From: an uncultured Actinomycetes bacterium | Lineage (GTDB): Bacteria > Actinomycetota > Thermoleophilia > RBG-16-64-13 | Assembly: GCA_963706025.1 (NCBI GenBank) | Contig: CAVPLM010000005.1 | Location: 96,001 to 160,000, forward strand | Direction: 5' to 3' | DNA length: 64,000 bases | Shown here: one piece after another, positions 51,303-60,546 of the stretch | How the letters are laid out: each line of letters opens with the position of its first letter | Numbering within the stretch: position 1 is the stretch's first letter | The notes under the pieces: generated by a model | What the model saw: the letters and a program-made list of their open reading frames with translations, nothing else | Database searches by the model: none | What the model was told of the DNA's origin: nothing | Position numbers and translations under genes: made by a program

Positions 51303-52229
51303 GTGAAAGTGACGCCTCTCGACATCCGGCGCAAGGAATTCAAACGTTCCATGCGCGGCTATTCCGACGAGGAGGTCGATGTCTTCCTTGACGACGTGGC
51401 CGATGAGTTCGAACGGCTGTTCCAGGAGAACATCGAGCTCAACGACCGCGTGCAGCGACTCGAGGAGCAGATAGCCGGCCATTTACAGATCAAGGATGCG
51501 CTGGAGAAGACCCTGATCTCGGCCCAGATGCAGTCAGACGAGATGAAGGCTAATGCTCGCAAGGAGGGCGGGCTCATCCTCCAAGAGGCCGAGCTCAAGG
51601 CCCGCGAGATAGTCAACGAATCCTACAGCGAGACCCAGCGGGTGCAGCAGGCTTTGATCCAATTGAAACACCTGGAAGAGGACTTCCGCTTCAAGTTCCG
51701 TTCGTTGCTGGAGGGCCACCTCAAGCTTCTCAACGAGGCGCCGATCGCCGCGCCTGCAGCTGAGCCCCGGGTACCTACGGCTGAAGCCGTCAGCGAGGTG
51801 GAGCCTCCGCTCGTCGTGCCCTCGCCGGGGGTAGTGGCGATCGAAGACGAGGTGGCGATCGAAGACGAAGTGGCTTTCGATGATGAGGTGCCTACCGAGG
51901 AGACCGAGACGGGCACCGGCGCCGAGGCGTCCCTGGTCGCTTTGGCTTCCGTTGTCGCTGCGACGGAGGAAGCGAAAGGCGGACCTGTGGGCGATGAAGC
52001 GGTCCACGCCTCCGTAGCGATCGGGACCGAAGAGTCGACTGCGGAAACGGTTTTGGCTGCGGAGGAAAGCACGGCCGAAACCATCTCCCCCGAAGCCATA
52101 AGCGCCGAAACCGCGGAGTCAGAGGAGCCGGCACGGGGGTTCTTTTTCGGCAAGCAGCCCGACGATATCGACGACACGTTCGTTCCCCCGGAAGGTGAGC
52201 AAGAGAAGGCTCGCGACTTCGAATGGTGA
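51303..52229 (+). CDS. divIVA: DivIVA with a long acidic C-terminal tail
   Basis: TPLDIRRKEFKRSMRGYSDEEVDVFLD plus coiled coil. Confidence 0.93.
   Translation: MKVTPLDIRRKEFKRSMRGYSDEEVDVFLDDVADEFERLFQENIELNDRVQRLEEQIAGHLQIKDALEKTLISAQMQSDEMKANARKEGGLILQEAELKAREIVNESYSETQRVQQALIQLKHLEEDFRFKFRSLLEGHLKLLNEAPIAAPAAEPRVPTAEAVSEVEPPLVVPSPGVVAIEDEVAIEDEVAFDDEVPTEETETGTGAEASLVALASVVAATEEAKGGPVGDEAVHASVAIGTEESTAETVLAAEESTAETISPEAISAETAESEEPARGFFFGKQPDDIDDTFVPPEGEQEKARDFEW
51834..51887 (+). repeat. 18-bp in-frame tandem repeat x3 in the divIVA tail
   Basis: VAIEDE VAIEDE VAFDDE. Confidence 0.85.
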
Positions 52230-52236
52230 CCGGTCT

Positions 52237-52644
52237 ATGACAAACGTGACGCCCGTGGCCCGCGGCTCGCGCACGGCCCCGGCCGCGCCGGCGGCCCCCG
52301 TAGCGGAGGCGGCCCCTGCGATTCGCCCTGGGGGCGGGGGAGTCCTGTTGGGAGTCCGGGTGAGCCCCTCGGCCCGCCGGACGGCGCTACGAGGAGTCTA
52401 CGGTGACCGGCTCAAGATATCCGTCTGTGCACCGCCGGAAGACAACCGGGCCAACCAGGAGTTGACGGATGCCCTGGCGAATTGGTTGGAAGTGTCTCGT
52501 GACAGCGTGCGCGTCGAGACCGGTCACGGGAGTCGGGACAAGGTCGTCGTCTTCATCGGCATGGACGAACCTGGGTTGAGGCAGAAGCTGACCGGGCTGC
52601 TGGATGTGGATGATCGGCGAGGGGACGGACGGCCCGATGGATAA
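52237..52644 (+). CDS. DUF167 (YggU) family protein
   Basis: VRVSPSA, LKISV.APPEDNRAN.EL...LA, G..SRDK. Confidence 0.88.
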   Translation: MTNVTPVARGSRTAPAAPAAPVAEAAPAIRPGGGGVLLGVRVSPSARRTALRGVYGDRLKISVCAPPEDNRANQELTDALANWLEVSRDSVRVETGHGSRDKVVVFIGMDEPGLRQKLTGLLDVDDRRGDGRPDG

Positions 52645-52996
52645 AGAGGCTCTGAGAGAGCAACTGCTCGTCGAGCGCGAGCGCTTGGAACACGAGATCG
52701 CGGAACTCGACGCCGATCTTTCCGAGTCTTTAGAAGACTCGTCGGAAGAGAGTCCCTACGATCAGCACATGGCAGAGACGGCGGGGGTCACGCTGGACCG
52801 CGAGATCGATCTCACCCTGCAAGAGAACGCCCGCGCCTCGGTGGCGCAGATCGATAGGGCCCTAGGCAAGCTCGAGAACGGCAGCTATGGGCGGTGTGAC
52901 AAGTGCGGCAAGCCCATCGGTGAAGACCGGTTGCAGGCGGCCCCTTTCGCCACCCTGTGTATCGACTGTAAGCGCCTGGAGGAGCGAAACCGCTGA
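52637..52996 (+). CDS. TraR/DksA C4 zinc-finger protein (YlyA/YteA-like)
   Basis: Coiled coil plus IDRAL.KL..GSYGRCDKCG.PI...RL.A.P.ATLCIDC. Confidence 0.92.
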   Translation: MDKEALREQLLVERERLEHEIAELDADLSESLEDSSEESPYDQHMAETAGVTLDREIDLTLQENARASVAQIDRALGKLENGSYGRCDKCGKPIGEDRLQAAPFATLCIDCKRLEERNR

Positions 52997-53012
52997 CGGG
53001 CGGCCCCCATTC

Positions 53013-53537
53013 ATGAAGTTCGGATCCGCAGCGCTCGCCACCAGGCGTCGCACCATCCTCAAGTGGTCCCTTCTGATCGTGCTGGCCGCCATCGCCTTGG
53101 CCATCGATCTGTTGACCAAGAACATGGCCGAGCAGCATCTGGTTCTGGGAGAATCACGCAAGATTTTGCCCTTCCTCTACCTGGAGCGGACGGTCAACAG
53201 CGGGGTGGCTTTTGGGCTCCTGAGCGGAAAAGGCGCGCTCATCATCGTGGCCAACGTGGTCGCTCTCGCCGTGGTGGTCTTCTACGTGACGATGGAGCGG
53301 CGCTATCTGCTCGCCGCGGTAGCCGGGGGCCTGATAATCGGGGGGGCCCTCGGCAACCTATACCAGCGAGTCACGGCCGACGGGCGGGTGACCGACTTCC
53401 TCAAGTTCCCCCATTGGCCCAACTTCAACATGGCCGATGTCTTCGTCGACGTCGGGATAGCCATCATCTTCATAGGGTTGATCGTGGAGATGGTGCGGGT
53501 CTGGAGGGCCGGCCGGCGGACGCCGGCCTCATCTTGA
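53013..53537 (+). CDS. lspA: Lipoprotein signal peptidase II
   Basis: DLLTK, NSGVAFG, GGALGNL, VTDF, FNMADV. Confidence 0.94.
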   Translation: MKFGSAALATRRRTILKWSLLIVLAAIALAIDLLTKNMAEQHLVLGESRKILPFLYLERTVNSGVAFGLLSGKGALIIVANVVALAVVVFYVTMERRYLLAAVAGGLIIGGALGNLYQRVTADGRVTDFLKFPHWPNFNMADVFVDVGIAIIFIGLIVEMVRVWRAGRRTPASS

Positions 53538-54472
53538 TGGAGGGGCGGCAAGACGGCCGTCGTCAGACGTTCGTTGTCCAGGCGGGTGAGCGCGGCTTGA
53601 GACTCGACGTCGTCCTGGGCCGGCGGGCGGAAATGGGCAGCCGTACCCGCGTCGCGGAGCTCATCCGCTCCGGGGCGGTGACCGTGGACGGTCTCCAGCG
53701 GGCCAAGAGCCATCTGCTCACCGAGGGCCAGACCGTGGCCGTCACTCTTCCGGAGGAAGCGCCTCTCGATCTGGTCCCCGAGTCGCTCCCGGTCCCCGTG
53801 CTCTACGAGGACGAGTGGTTGCTGGTGGTCGACAAGCCGGCCGGGATGGCCGTACACCCCTCCCGGGGACACTCCTCGGGGACTCTCGTTCACGCGCTCC
53901 TGGGCCACGGATTGGCCGGCGGCGAAGAGTTCCGGCCCGGCGTGGTCCACCGCCTGGACAAGGACACCACGGGGCTGTTGGTGGTGGCAAAGTCGAGCGA
54001 GGTGCACCGGCGCTTGGTCGGGATGATGAGGCGCCGGGCGATCGACCGCCGCTATTTGGCTCTGGTCCATGGAGGCTTTGCCGGGGAAAGCGGCACCATC
54101 GAGGCGCCGGTGGGGCGTGATCCGGCCCGGCGGAAGTCGATGGCGGTGGGTGGGGTGGCCGCCCGGGAGGCGCGGACTCATTTCCGGGCCCTGGAGCGCT
54201 TCGGCGATTTCACCCTGGTAGAGGTGCGACTCGAGACCGGGCGCACCCACCAGATCCGGGTGCACTTCCTGGCGATCGGCCACCCGGTGGCCGGCGACCC
54301 GACGTACGGGCGTCGGGATGCTCTGGGCCTGGGCCGGCAGTTTCTGCACAGCCACTACTTGTCTTTCGAGCATCCGATGACCGGTGCGGAGGTAAGGGTG
54401 GAGGCGCCGTTGCCGGCCGATCTCGAGGCAGCGCTTGCCCGCCTGCGTGCCGGCCGTCCGCCAGACTCGTAG
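53537..54472 (+). CDS. RluA/RluD family pseudouridine synthase with S4 domain
   Basis: RLD, DKPAG.AVHP, RPGVVHRLDKDTTGL, LETGRTHQIRVH, GDPTYG. Confidence 0.95.
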   Translation: MEGRQDGRRQTFVVQAGERGLRLDVVLGRRAEMGSRTRVAELIRSGAVTVDGLQRAKSHLLTEGQTVAVTLPEEAPLDLVPESLPVPVLYEDEWLLVVDKPAGMAVHPSRGHSSGTLVHALLGHGLAGGEEFRPGVVHRLDKDTTGLLVVAKSSEVHRRLVGMMRRRAIDRRYLALVHGGFAGESGTIEAPVGRDPARRKSMAVGGVAAREARTHFRALERFGDFTLVEVRLETGRTHQIRVHFLAIGHPVAGDPTYGRRDALGLGRQFLHSHYLSFEHPMTGAEVRVEAPLPADLEAALARLRAGRPPDS

Positions 54473-54534
54473 TCCCAGCCTCCGGGTGGACCGTCGTCTC
54501 TGACGAGCCGCGTGGGTGTTGGGCTACGACCCGG

Positions 54535-54562
54535 TCCCCGCCCGTCCCGGGACTGGCGGGGA
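54535..54562 (+). terminator. GC stem-loop after the RluA-family gene
   Basis: tccccgcc...ggcgggga with inner gtcc/ggac; no U tract. Confidence 0.35.
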
Positions 54563-54566
54563 TGGG

Positions 54567-54575
54567 TGCTAGACT
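54567..54575 (+). promoter_or_regulatory. Extended -10 (TGcTAGACT) 9 nt before the HAD gene GTG
   Basis: TG-N-TANNNT and no Shine-Dalgarno; near-leaderless. Confidence 0.5.
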
Positions 54576-54584
54576 TCTCTCGCC

Positions 54585-55292
54585 GTGAAAGAAGCCGAAG
54601 ACAACCAGCCCTCTGAGAGCGGTCTCCTGGGTCCGACCGTTTCACCTGCCGTGGCCTTCTTCGATCTCGACGGCACTCTCGTCGCGGGCCAGACGACGCT
54701 GCTGTTGGTAGTGTTTCTCCGCCGCGCGGGTGTGGTCAGTGGGACCTTTCTCTTGGGGACGGGTCTGTGGTTCCTCGCCTACAAAGCCGGGCTGGTGACG
54801 GTCACCGAGAAGTCGCGAAGCAAGAGCGCCTCGGTTTTGAAGGGACTTGCGGTGACCGAGGTCGAGGAGCTGATGAAGCGCTTCACCGAGGAGGTGATGG
54901 CGCCTAGGTTGCACCGGGCGGCTTCGGCCGCCCTTGCGGAGCATCTGGCTGCGGGCGATCGCGTGGTGGTCGTGTCGGCCGCACTCGATCCGGTGGTCCG
55001 CGCGCTGTGCGAGCGGCTGCATGTGGCCGATCATGTGGGGGCCTCCTGCGAGGTCGATGGGGATCGCTACACCGGCCGCCTGAACGGCTCCATCCCTTAC
55101 GGTGACGAGAAGGCCAGGGTCGCGGCCGGGTTCATGGAGCGCTGGGGCGCTGATCCCTGCGCTTGCTGGGCCTACGCCGATCACGAGACCGATATCGCGC
55201 TGTTGCGCTCGGTGGGCCATCCGGTCGCAGTCAACCCCAAGCCGGCACTGTTGGAGATCGCGAAGCGGTCCGGCTGGCCCATACTGTCGTGA
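54585..55292 (+). CDS. HAD-IB family hydrolase (SerB-like)
   Basis: AFFDLDGTL, VVSAA, YTG, K, AYADHETD..LL..VGHPVAVNP. Confidence 0.9.
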   Translation: MKEAEDNQPSESGLLGPTVSPAVAFFDLDGTLVAGQTTLLLVVFLRRAGVVSGTFLLGTGLWFLAYKAGLVTVTEKSRSKSASVLKGLAVTEVEELMKRFTEEVMAPRLHRAASAALAEHLAAGDRVVVVSAALDPVVRALCERLHVADHVGASCEVDGDRYTGRLNGSIPYGDEKARVAAGFMERWGADPCACWAYADHETDIALLRSVGHPVAVNPKPALLEIAKRSGWPILS

Positions 55293-55340
55293 CTCGCTCG
55301 TGTTGAACGGCGATCGAACCACTCTCCCGGAGGTACGAAC

Positions 55341-57374
55341 ATGGCCGACACCTTCCCCGAAGAGCTAGCCGCCGGCCGAGACTTGGACTCGCTGGCCGTG
55401 AGCACCATCCGCACCTTGGCCATCGACGGGGTCCAGAAGGCCAATTCCGGCCATCCGGGTATGCCGCTGGGTGCCGCTCCGATGGCGCACGTGCTTTGGA
55501 CCCGTCACCTCAGGTTCGATCCCTCCGAGCCGGCCTGGCCGGATCGCGACCGTTTCGTACTGAGCGCCGGTCATGGTTCGATGCTGCTCTACGCCCTGCT
55601 TCACCTCTCCGGATACGGCCTGGCGATCGAGGAGCTCGAGGCCTTCCGGCAGTGGGGCAGCCGCACGCCCGGCCATCCCGAATACGGTCTCACCCCCGGT
55701 GTGGAGACGACCACAGGGCCGCTGGGCGCCGGGTTCTCCAACGGGGTGGGTATGGCTATCGCTGAGGCCTTCCTGGGGGCCACTTTCAACCGTCCCGGTT
55801 ACAGCTTGGTCGACCACCGCACGTTCGGGATAGTGAGTGACGGGGACCTCATGGAAGGCGTGGCCGCGGAGGCGGCGTCGCTGGCCGGCCACCTGGGGCT
55901 GGGCAAGCTCGTCTATCTCTACGACGATAACCGCATCTCCATCGAAGGCTCCACCGATCTGGCGTTCACCGAGGACGTGGGGCTGCGTTTCCGAGGCCTA
56001 CGGCTGGCAGGTGCTCGACGGTGGACGACGGCAACGACCTGGACGCCATCGACAGGGCGATCGCGGAGGCGTGCGCCGACACGTCGCGCCCTTCGCTGAT
56101 CAAGGTCCGCACCACCATCGGTTACGGCAGCCCGAACAAGGCCGGTACTGCGGAGGCCCATGGGGCGCCGTTGGGCACCGACGAGTTGAGGCTCACCAAA
56201 GAAGCCCTCGACTGGCCGGGGGACCTGTTCTTCGCCGTCCCTGAAGTGGTCCGGCGGCAGTACGAAGCGGTGGCCGGCAACGGTCGAGCGGCCCGGGCGC
56301 ACTGGCGGGAGCTGCTGGCCGGGTACGAGAAAGACCATCCGGATCTGGCGGAGCAGTGGGCCATGGCCATGGCCGGGCGGCTGCCCGACGGGTGGAAGGA
56401 CCGTCTTCCCACTTTTGCCGCCGGCGAGAGCATCGCCACCAGATCTGCCTCCGGCAAGGTGCTGAACGCTCTGGCGCCGGTGCTGCCGACGCTCATAGGG
56501 GGCTCGGCCGATCTGGCGCCTTCGAACAACACCTACCTGACCGGGCTCGGCGACTTCCAGGCAGACACGCCCGCCGGGCGCAATCTGCGCTTCGGGGTGC
56601 GAGAGCACGCCATGGGTGGCATTCTCAACGGCATGGCCGTGCACGGTGGACTGTTCCCGTTCGGGGGCACGTTCTTCATCTTCTCGGACTACATGCGTCC
56701 AGCGGTGAGGCTGGCGGCTCTTTCCCACCTGCCGGTGATCTATGTCTTCACCCACGACAGCATCGCCTTGGGTGAGGACGGTCCCACGCATCAGCCGATC
56801 GAGCACCTGGCCTCGCTGCGGGCGATGCCCGGGCTGGTGGTCATCAGGCCCGGCGACGCGGCCGAGACGGCGGTCGCCTGGCAGGCGGCCTTGGAACGGA
56901 GGGACGGTCCCACGGCGCTGGTGTTGACCAGGCAGAACCTGCCCGTCCTCGATCGGACCGAGCTGGCGCCGGCGGAAGAGCTGCTCAGGGGCGGGTACGT
57001 GCTCTCGGATATGCGCCGCGGGCGACCCGGAGTGTGATCTGATAGCCACCGGCTCGGAGGTGGCGATCGCGCTCGAAGCCGCGGCCGTCCTTGGCGGGCA
57101 GGACGTGGCGGTCCGGGTGGTGGCTCTGCCCAGTTGGGAGCTCTTCGAGGCCCAGGACTCGGTCTATCGGGAATCGGTGCTGCCTCGTCGCATCAAGAGA
57201 CGGGTGGCCATCGAGGCCGCTTCGCCTTTCGGTTGGGAGAGATATGTGGGTGACGAGGGCGCGATCGTCGGCATCGACCATTTCGGCGCCTCGGCTCCGG
57301 CGGGCGTGCTCTACCGCGAGTTCGGCATCACCGCCGACGACGTCGTCAGGAGCGCTTTGGGACTTCTGAAATAG
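55341..57374 (+). CDS. tkt: Transketolase; +1 frameshifts near 55992, 56017 and 57011
   Basis: [74 protein letters not shown]. Confidence 0.94.
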
Positions 57375-57375
57375 G

Positions 57376-57452
57376 GGCGGGGCTCGGGCCGCATCGCGCG
57401 GCCCGAGCCCCGCCGGGAAACTGAGGGGCGCCGCCGCGGGCGGCGGCGCCCC
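57376..57452. repeat. Two tandem perfect GC-rich inverted repeats between tkt and tal
   Basis: 17-bp arms at 57376-57392/57398-57414; 13-bp arms at 57425-57437/57440-57452. Confidence 0.85.
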
Positions 57453-57470
57453 CGAAGATGGGAGGGAAGC

Positions 57471-58622
57471 GTGGGCGGCAATGCGCTGACGAGGCTGAGG
57501 GAGTTCGGGCAGAGCGTCTGGTGTGACGACATCGGGAGGGATTTCCTGTTGGCCGGGCGGCTGAAGGCGCTCATCGAAGAAGACGGCGTCTCCGGAGTGA
57601 CCTCGAACCCCACCATCTTCCACCGGGCCATCACTCAGGGCACGAGCTACGACCGGGCGGTGGCGGAGCTGGCCGGCACCGGGGCGTCCTCGACGGAGAT
57701 CATGGAAGCCTTGATGGTCGACGACATTCGGATGGCCGCCGACGAACTGAAGCCGATCGCGATCGCAACGGATTCGCGGGACGGCTGGGTCAGCATCGAG
57801 GTGGCGCCTGTCCTCGCGTACGATACTCAGGGCACCGTAGCCGAGGTCAAGCGGATCAAAGCTCTGGTGGATCGCCCGAACATCCTGGTGAAGGTGCCCG
57901 GCACCGAGGAGGGGGTCGCCGCGGTTCGCGATCTAACGGCCTTGGGCTACTCGATCAACGTGACGCTGATCTTCTCGCTCGAGCGCTATCGCGAGGTCAT
58001 GGAGGCCTATCTGTCCGGTCTGGAATCGCTGCTGGCCGGGCGGGCTACCGACCGCGCCCTGCCCGCGCCGGCGGACGTTCACAGCGTCGCCAGCTTCTTC
58101 GTCAGCCGGGTGGATGCGGTCGTGGACAAGCGTCTCGACGCCTTGGTCGAGGAAGTGGCCCGCTCCGGCCGGGATCCGGCCCCGCTGCAGGCCCTCCGGG
58201 GCAAGGCCGCGGTCGCGAACGCCAAACAGGCGTACAGGCTCTTTGAGGAGACGTTCTCGGGCGAACGCTGGGAGGCGCTTCGTTCAGAGGGCGCAAACGC
58301 GCAGCGCCCGTTGTGGGCCAGCACCAGCACCAAAGACCCGGCCTACAGCGACATCCTCTACGTCGAGGAGCTGATCGGGCCGGACACGGTCAACACCATG
58401 CCGTTGAACACCATAGACGCCTTCCGCGACCACGGAAGGCCGGCAGAGACGGTGACTGTGGGGGTCGACGAGGCGGCCGCTCATCTGGACGCACTCGAGA
58501 AGGCCGGGATCAGCATGGCCGAGGTCACAGAGCAGTTGGAAAGGGACGGGGTCAGAGCATTCGCCGACTCGTTCGAGGCCTTGCGGTCGGCCCTGGACGA
58601 TAAGAGAAGCAGTCTCAGCTGA
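57471..58622 (+). CDS. tal: Transaldolase (long actinobacterial-type)
   Basis: GQSVW.DD, GVTSNPTIF, VSIEV.P, LVKVPGT, INVTLIFS, SVASFFVSRVD, QRPLWAST. Confidence 0.96.
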   Translation: MGGNALTRLREFGQSVWCDDIGRDFLLAGRLKALIEEDGVSGVTSNPTIFHRAITQGTSYDRAVAELAGTGASSTEIMEALMVDDIRMAADELKPIAIATDSRDGWVSIEVAPVLAYDTQGTVAEVKRIKALVDRPNILVKVPGTEEGVAAVRDLTALGYSINVTLIFSLERYREVMEAYLSGLESLLAGRATDRALPAPADVHSVASFFVSRVDAVVDKRLDALVEEVARSGRDPAPLQALRGKAAVANAKQAYRLFEETFSGERWEALRSEGANAQRPLWASTSTKDPAYSDILYVEELIGPDTVNTMPLNTIDAFRDHGRPAETVTVGVDEAAAHLDALEKAGISMAEVTEQLERDGVRAFADSFEALRSALDDKRSSLS

Positions 58623-58665
58623 GACCCCTGGCCGTATCCTAGCTCGATCGAGGACCCGGCGCGTC

Positions 58666-58694
58666 TTGACGCCGGCCTGGCGTCCCGGTAGGGT
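58666..58694 (+). promoter_or_regulatory. Putative pyrR promoter
   Basis: TTGACG-N17-TAGGGT. Confidence 0.6.
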
Positions 58695-58751
58695 ACGGTC
58701 AGAGGGCAGGCCCGAGGCGGTCTCGGGCGGACCAGCGCTGGTGACGAAAGG

Positions 58752-59333
58752 GTGGTGAGGGTAGTGGCGGACAATGCCGACGATCAGAGTCGCAAATCCA
58801 AGGTGCTTCTCGATGAGGAGCAGCTTGGCCGCACCCTTTCCCGCATGACCCACGAGATCGCCGAACAGGACCCGGATCTTGCAGATCTAGCTCTGGTGGG
58901 CATCCAACGCCGGGGAGTGGAGCTGGCAGCGCGGCTGGCCGGCCTGTTCCAAGCTTTCTACTCGGTCAAACCACCTACCGGAGCCATCGATATCACCTTC
59001 TATCGGGACGACATCGACACCCGGGTCGGGAGCCAGTACGAGCAGCCGAGGGTCCATTCCACCGATCTTCCCTTCGACGTCAACGACAAGACCATCGTGC
59101 TGGTAGACGATGTGCTCTACACGGGCCGGACCATTCGGGCGGCCATCGATGCTTTGTTCGACTACGGGCGGCCGCTTTCGATACGCCTGGCCGTGCTGGT
59201 CGACAGAGGCCACCGCGACCTACCCATCAGGCCCGACTTCGTGGGCAAGAACGTCCCCACCAGCTTGAACGAACAGGTGGTGGTGCACCTGGTGGAGACC
59301 GATGGAGTCGACGAGGTGGTGATCGAAGACTAG
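58752..59333 (+). CDS. pyrR: PyrR regulator / uracil phosphoribosyltransferase (start approximate)
   Basis: R..HEI.E, GI..RG, DITFYRDD, VLVDDVLYTGRTIRAA, DRGHR.LPIRPDFVGKN. Confidence 0.97.
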   Translation: MVRVVADNADDQSRKSKVLLDEEQLGRTLSRMTHEIAEQDPDLADLALVGIQRRGVELAARLAGLFQAFYSVKPPTGAIDITFYRDDIDTRVGSQYEQPRVHSTDLPFDVNDKTIVLVDDVLYTGRTIRAAIDALFDYGRPLSIRLAVLVDRGHRDLPIRPDFVGKNVPTSLNEQVVVHLVETDGVDEVVIED

Positions 59334-59475
59334 CGCCCGCTGAGCCCGCCGTGCGCGCAGCGGGCCTCTTCCCCGCATGTGTCGAAGTCTCCCCTGGTCG
59401 CTTCGCGGAGGGGAGCCGGTCTTGGGGCTGGAGTCCCCGCCCCGAGAGCGCTACAATCCTTCAGGAGAAGGCGAA

Positions 59476-59506
59476 CCTTTTAAACGTGTCCCGTGAGGCC
59501 GAAAGG
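59476..59506 (+). promoter_or_regulatory. PyrR-binding RNA stem-loop overlapping the pyrB RBS
   Basis: CCTTTTAAAC-GTGTCCCGTGAGGCC-GAAAGG fits the UUUAA + ARUCCNGNGAGGYU type consensus; ends 8 nt before ATG; TACAAT box at 59452-59457. Confidence 0.85.
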
Positions 59507-59514
59507 GTACCGAA

Positions 59515-60435
59515 ATGCACCTCATCTCCATCGACGATCTCAGCGTCGCTGAGATCGAGAATCTCTTCAAGCTGAGCGACGGTTTTCTCGAGATAGCGTC
59601 GCGCTCCATCAAGAAGGTTCCGACCCTCCGCGGTCGCACCGTCGTCAACGTGTTCCTCGAGCCTTCCACGCGCACGCAGTCGTCGTTCGAACTGGCCGGC
59701 AAGCGGCTGTCGGCAGACGTGATCAACATCAAAGGATCGTCGTCCAGCGTGTCCAAGGGTGAGAGCCTCAAGGACACCATCCTGACCTTGGAGAGCTACC
59801 GTCCGGACATCATCGTAATGCGCCATCCCCGAGTGGGGGCATCGCGCCTGGCCACCCGGTACACCAACGCCTCGGTGGTGAACGCCGGCGACGGGACGGG
59901 GGAGCACCCCACTCAGTGTCTGCTCGACCTCTACAGCCTGCGGCGGATCTACGGGCAGCTGGAGGGGCTCAAGGTGGCCATCGTGGGGGACATCCTGCGG
60001 AGCCGGGTGGCCCGCTCCGACCTGTTCGGCTTCCGCAAGATGGGCATCGACGTGCGTCTGGTGGGGCCGCCCACGCTCATGCCGCCCGGTATCGAGTACT
60101 GGGACGTGCCCATCTACAACGACCTCGAGGCCCTCGAAGAGGTGGACGTCATCTACCTCCTGCGCATGCAGCTCGAGCGGGCCAAGGGCAAGGTGCCGCC
60201 GGTGCCTTCGCTGCGCGAGTACAGCCGGGTCTGGGGCTTATCGCCGTACAATGTCAAGCCGGGTCAGCGGGTGATGCACCCGGGACCGATCAATCGGGGA
60301 GTGGAGCTGTCCGGCGACCTGGCCGACGACGAACGCTCCCTCATTTTGCACCAGGTGGAGTCGGGCCTGGCCGTGCGAATGGCGATCCTCTACCAGTGTC
60401 TGGCTGGGACCCTCAGCGAGGAGCCGGCGGCGTAG
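59515..60435 (+). CDS. pyrB: Aspartate carbamoyltransferase catalytic subunit
   Basis: EPSTRT, KGESL.DT, NAGDG..EHPTQ, VGDI..SRVARS, R.Q.ER, MHPGP. Confidence 0.97.
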   Translation: MHLISIDDLSVAEIENLFKLSDGFLEIASRSIKKVPTLRGRTVVNVFLEPSTRTQSSFELAGKRLSADVINIKGSSSSVSKGESLKDTILTLESYRPDIIVMRHPRVGASRLATRYTNASVVNAGDGTGEHPTQCLLDLYSLRRIYGQLEGLKVAIVGDILRSRVARSDLFGFRKMGIDVRLVGPPTLMPPGIEYWDVPIYNDLEALEEVDVIYLLRMQLERAKGKVPPVPSLREYSRVWGLSPYNVKPGQRVMHPGPINRGVELSGDLADDERSLILHQVESGLAVRMAILYQCLAGTLSEEPAA

Positions 60436-60546
60436 GCTCGGCGGTATCGAAGAGCCGGAGGATGCCCATACGGCGCGGACGGTTGCGGCGGCGGACGAGC
60501 GAGGCAATGCGACGGGACGGCAACCGTCGCCCGACCCTAGGAGTGG

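Noticed and set aside
15299-57011. Programmed frameshifting or pseudogenisation of rodA, obgE, pcrA, tkt and others
   Set aside because: No shared slippery site, double shifts within 25 nt, essential genes affected and no other decay; sequencing error is simpler
57035-57037. In-frame TGA in tkt as selenocysteine or read-through
   Set aside because: Transketolase homology continues in a different frame, so this is a frameshift rather than read-through
58700-58750. Hairpins in the pyrR leader as a PyrR box or riboswitch
   Set aside because: They lack the UUUAA and UCCNGNGAG elements seen in the two real boxes, and short GC stems are expected by chance
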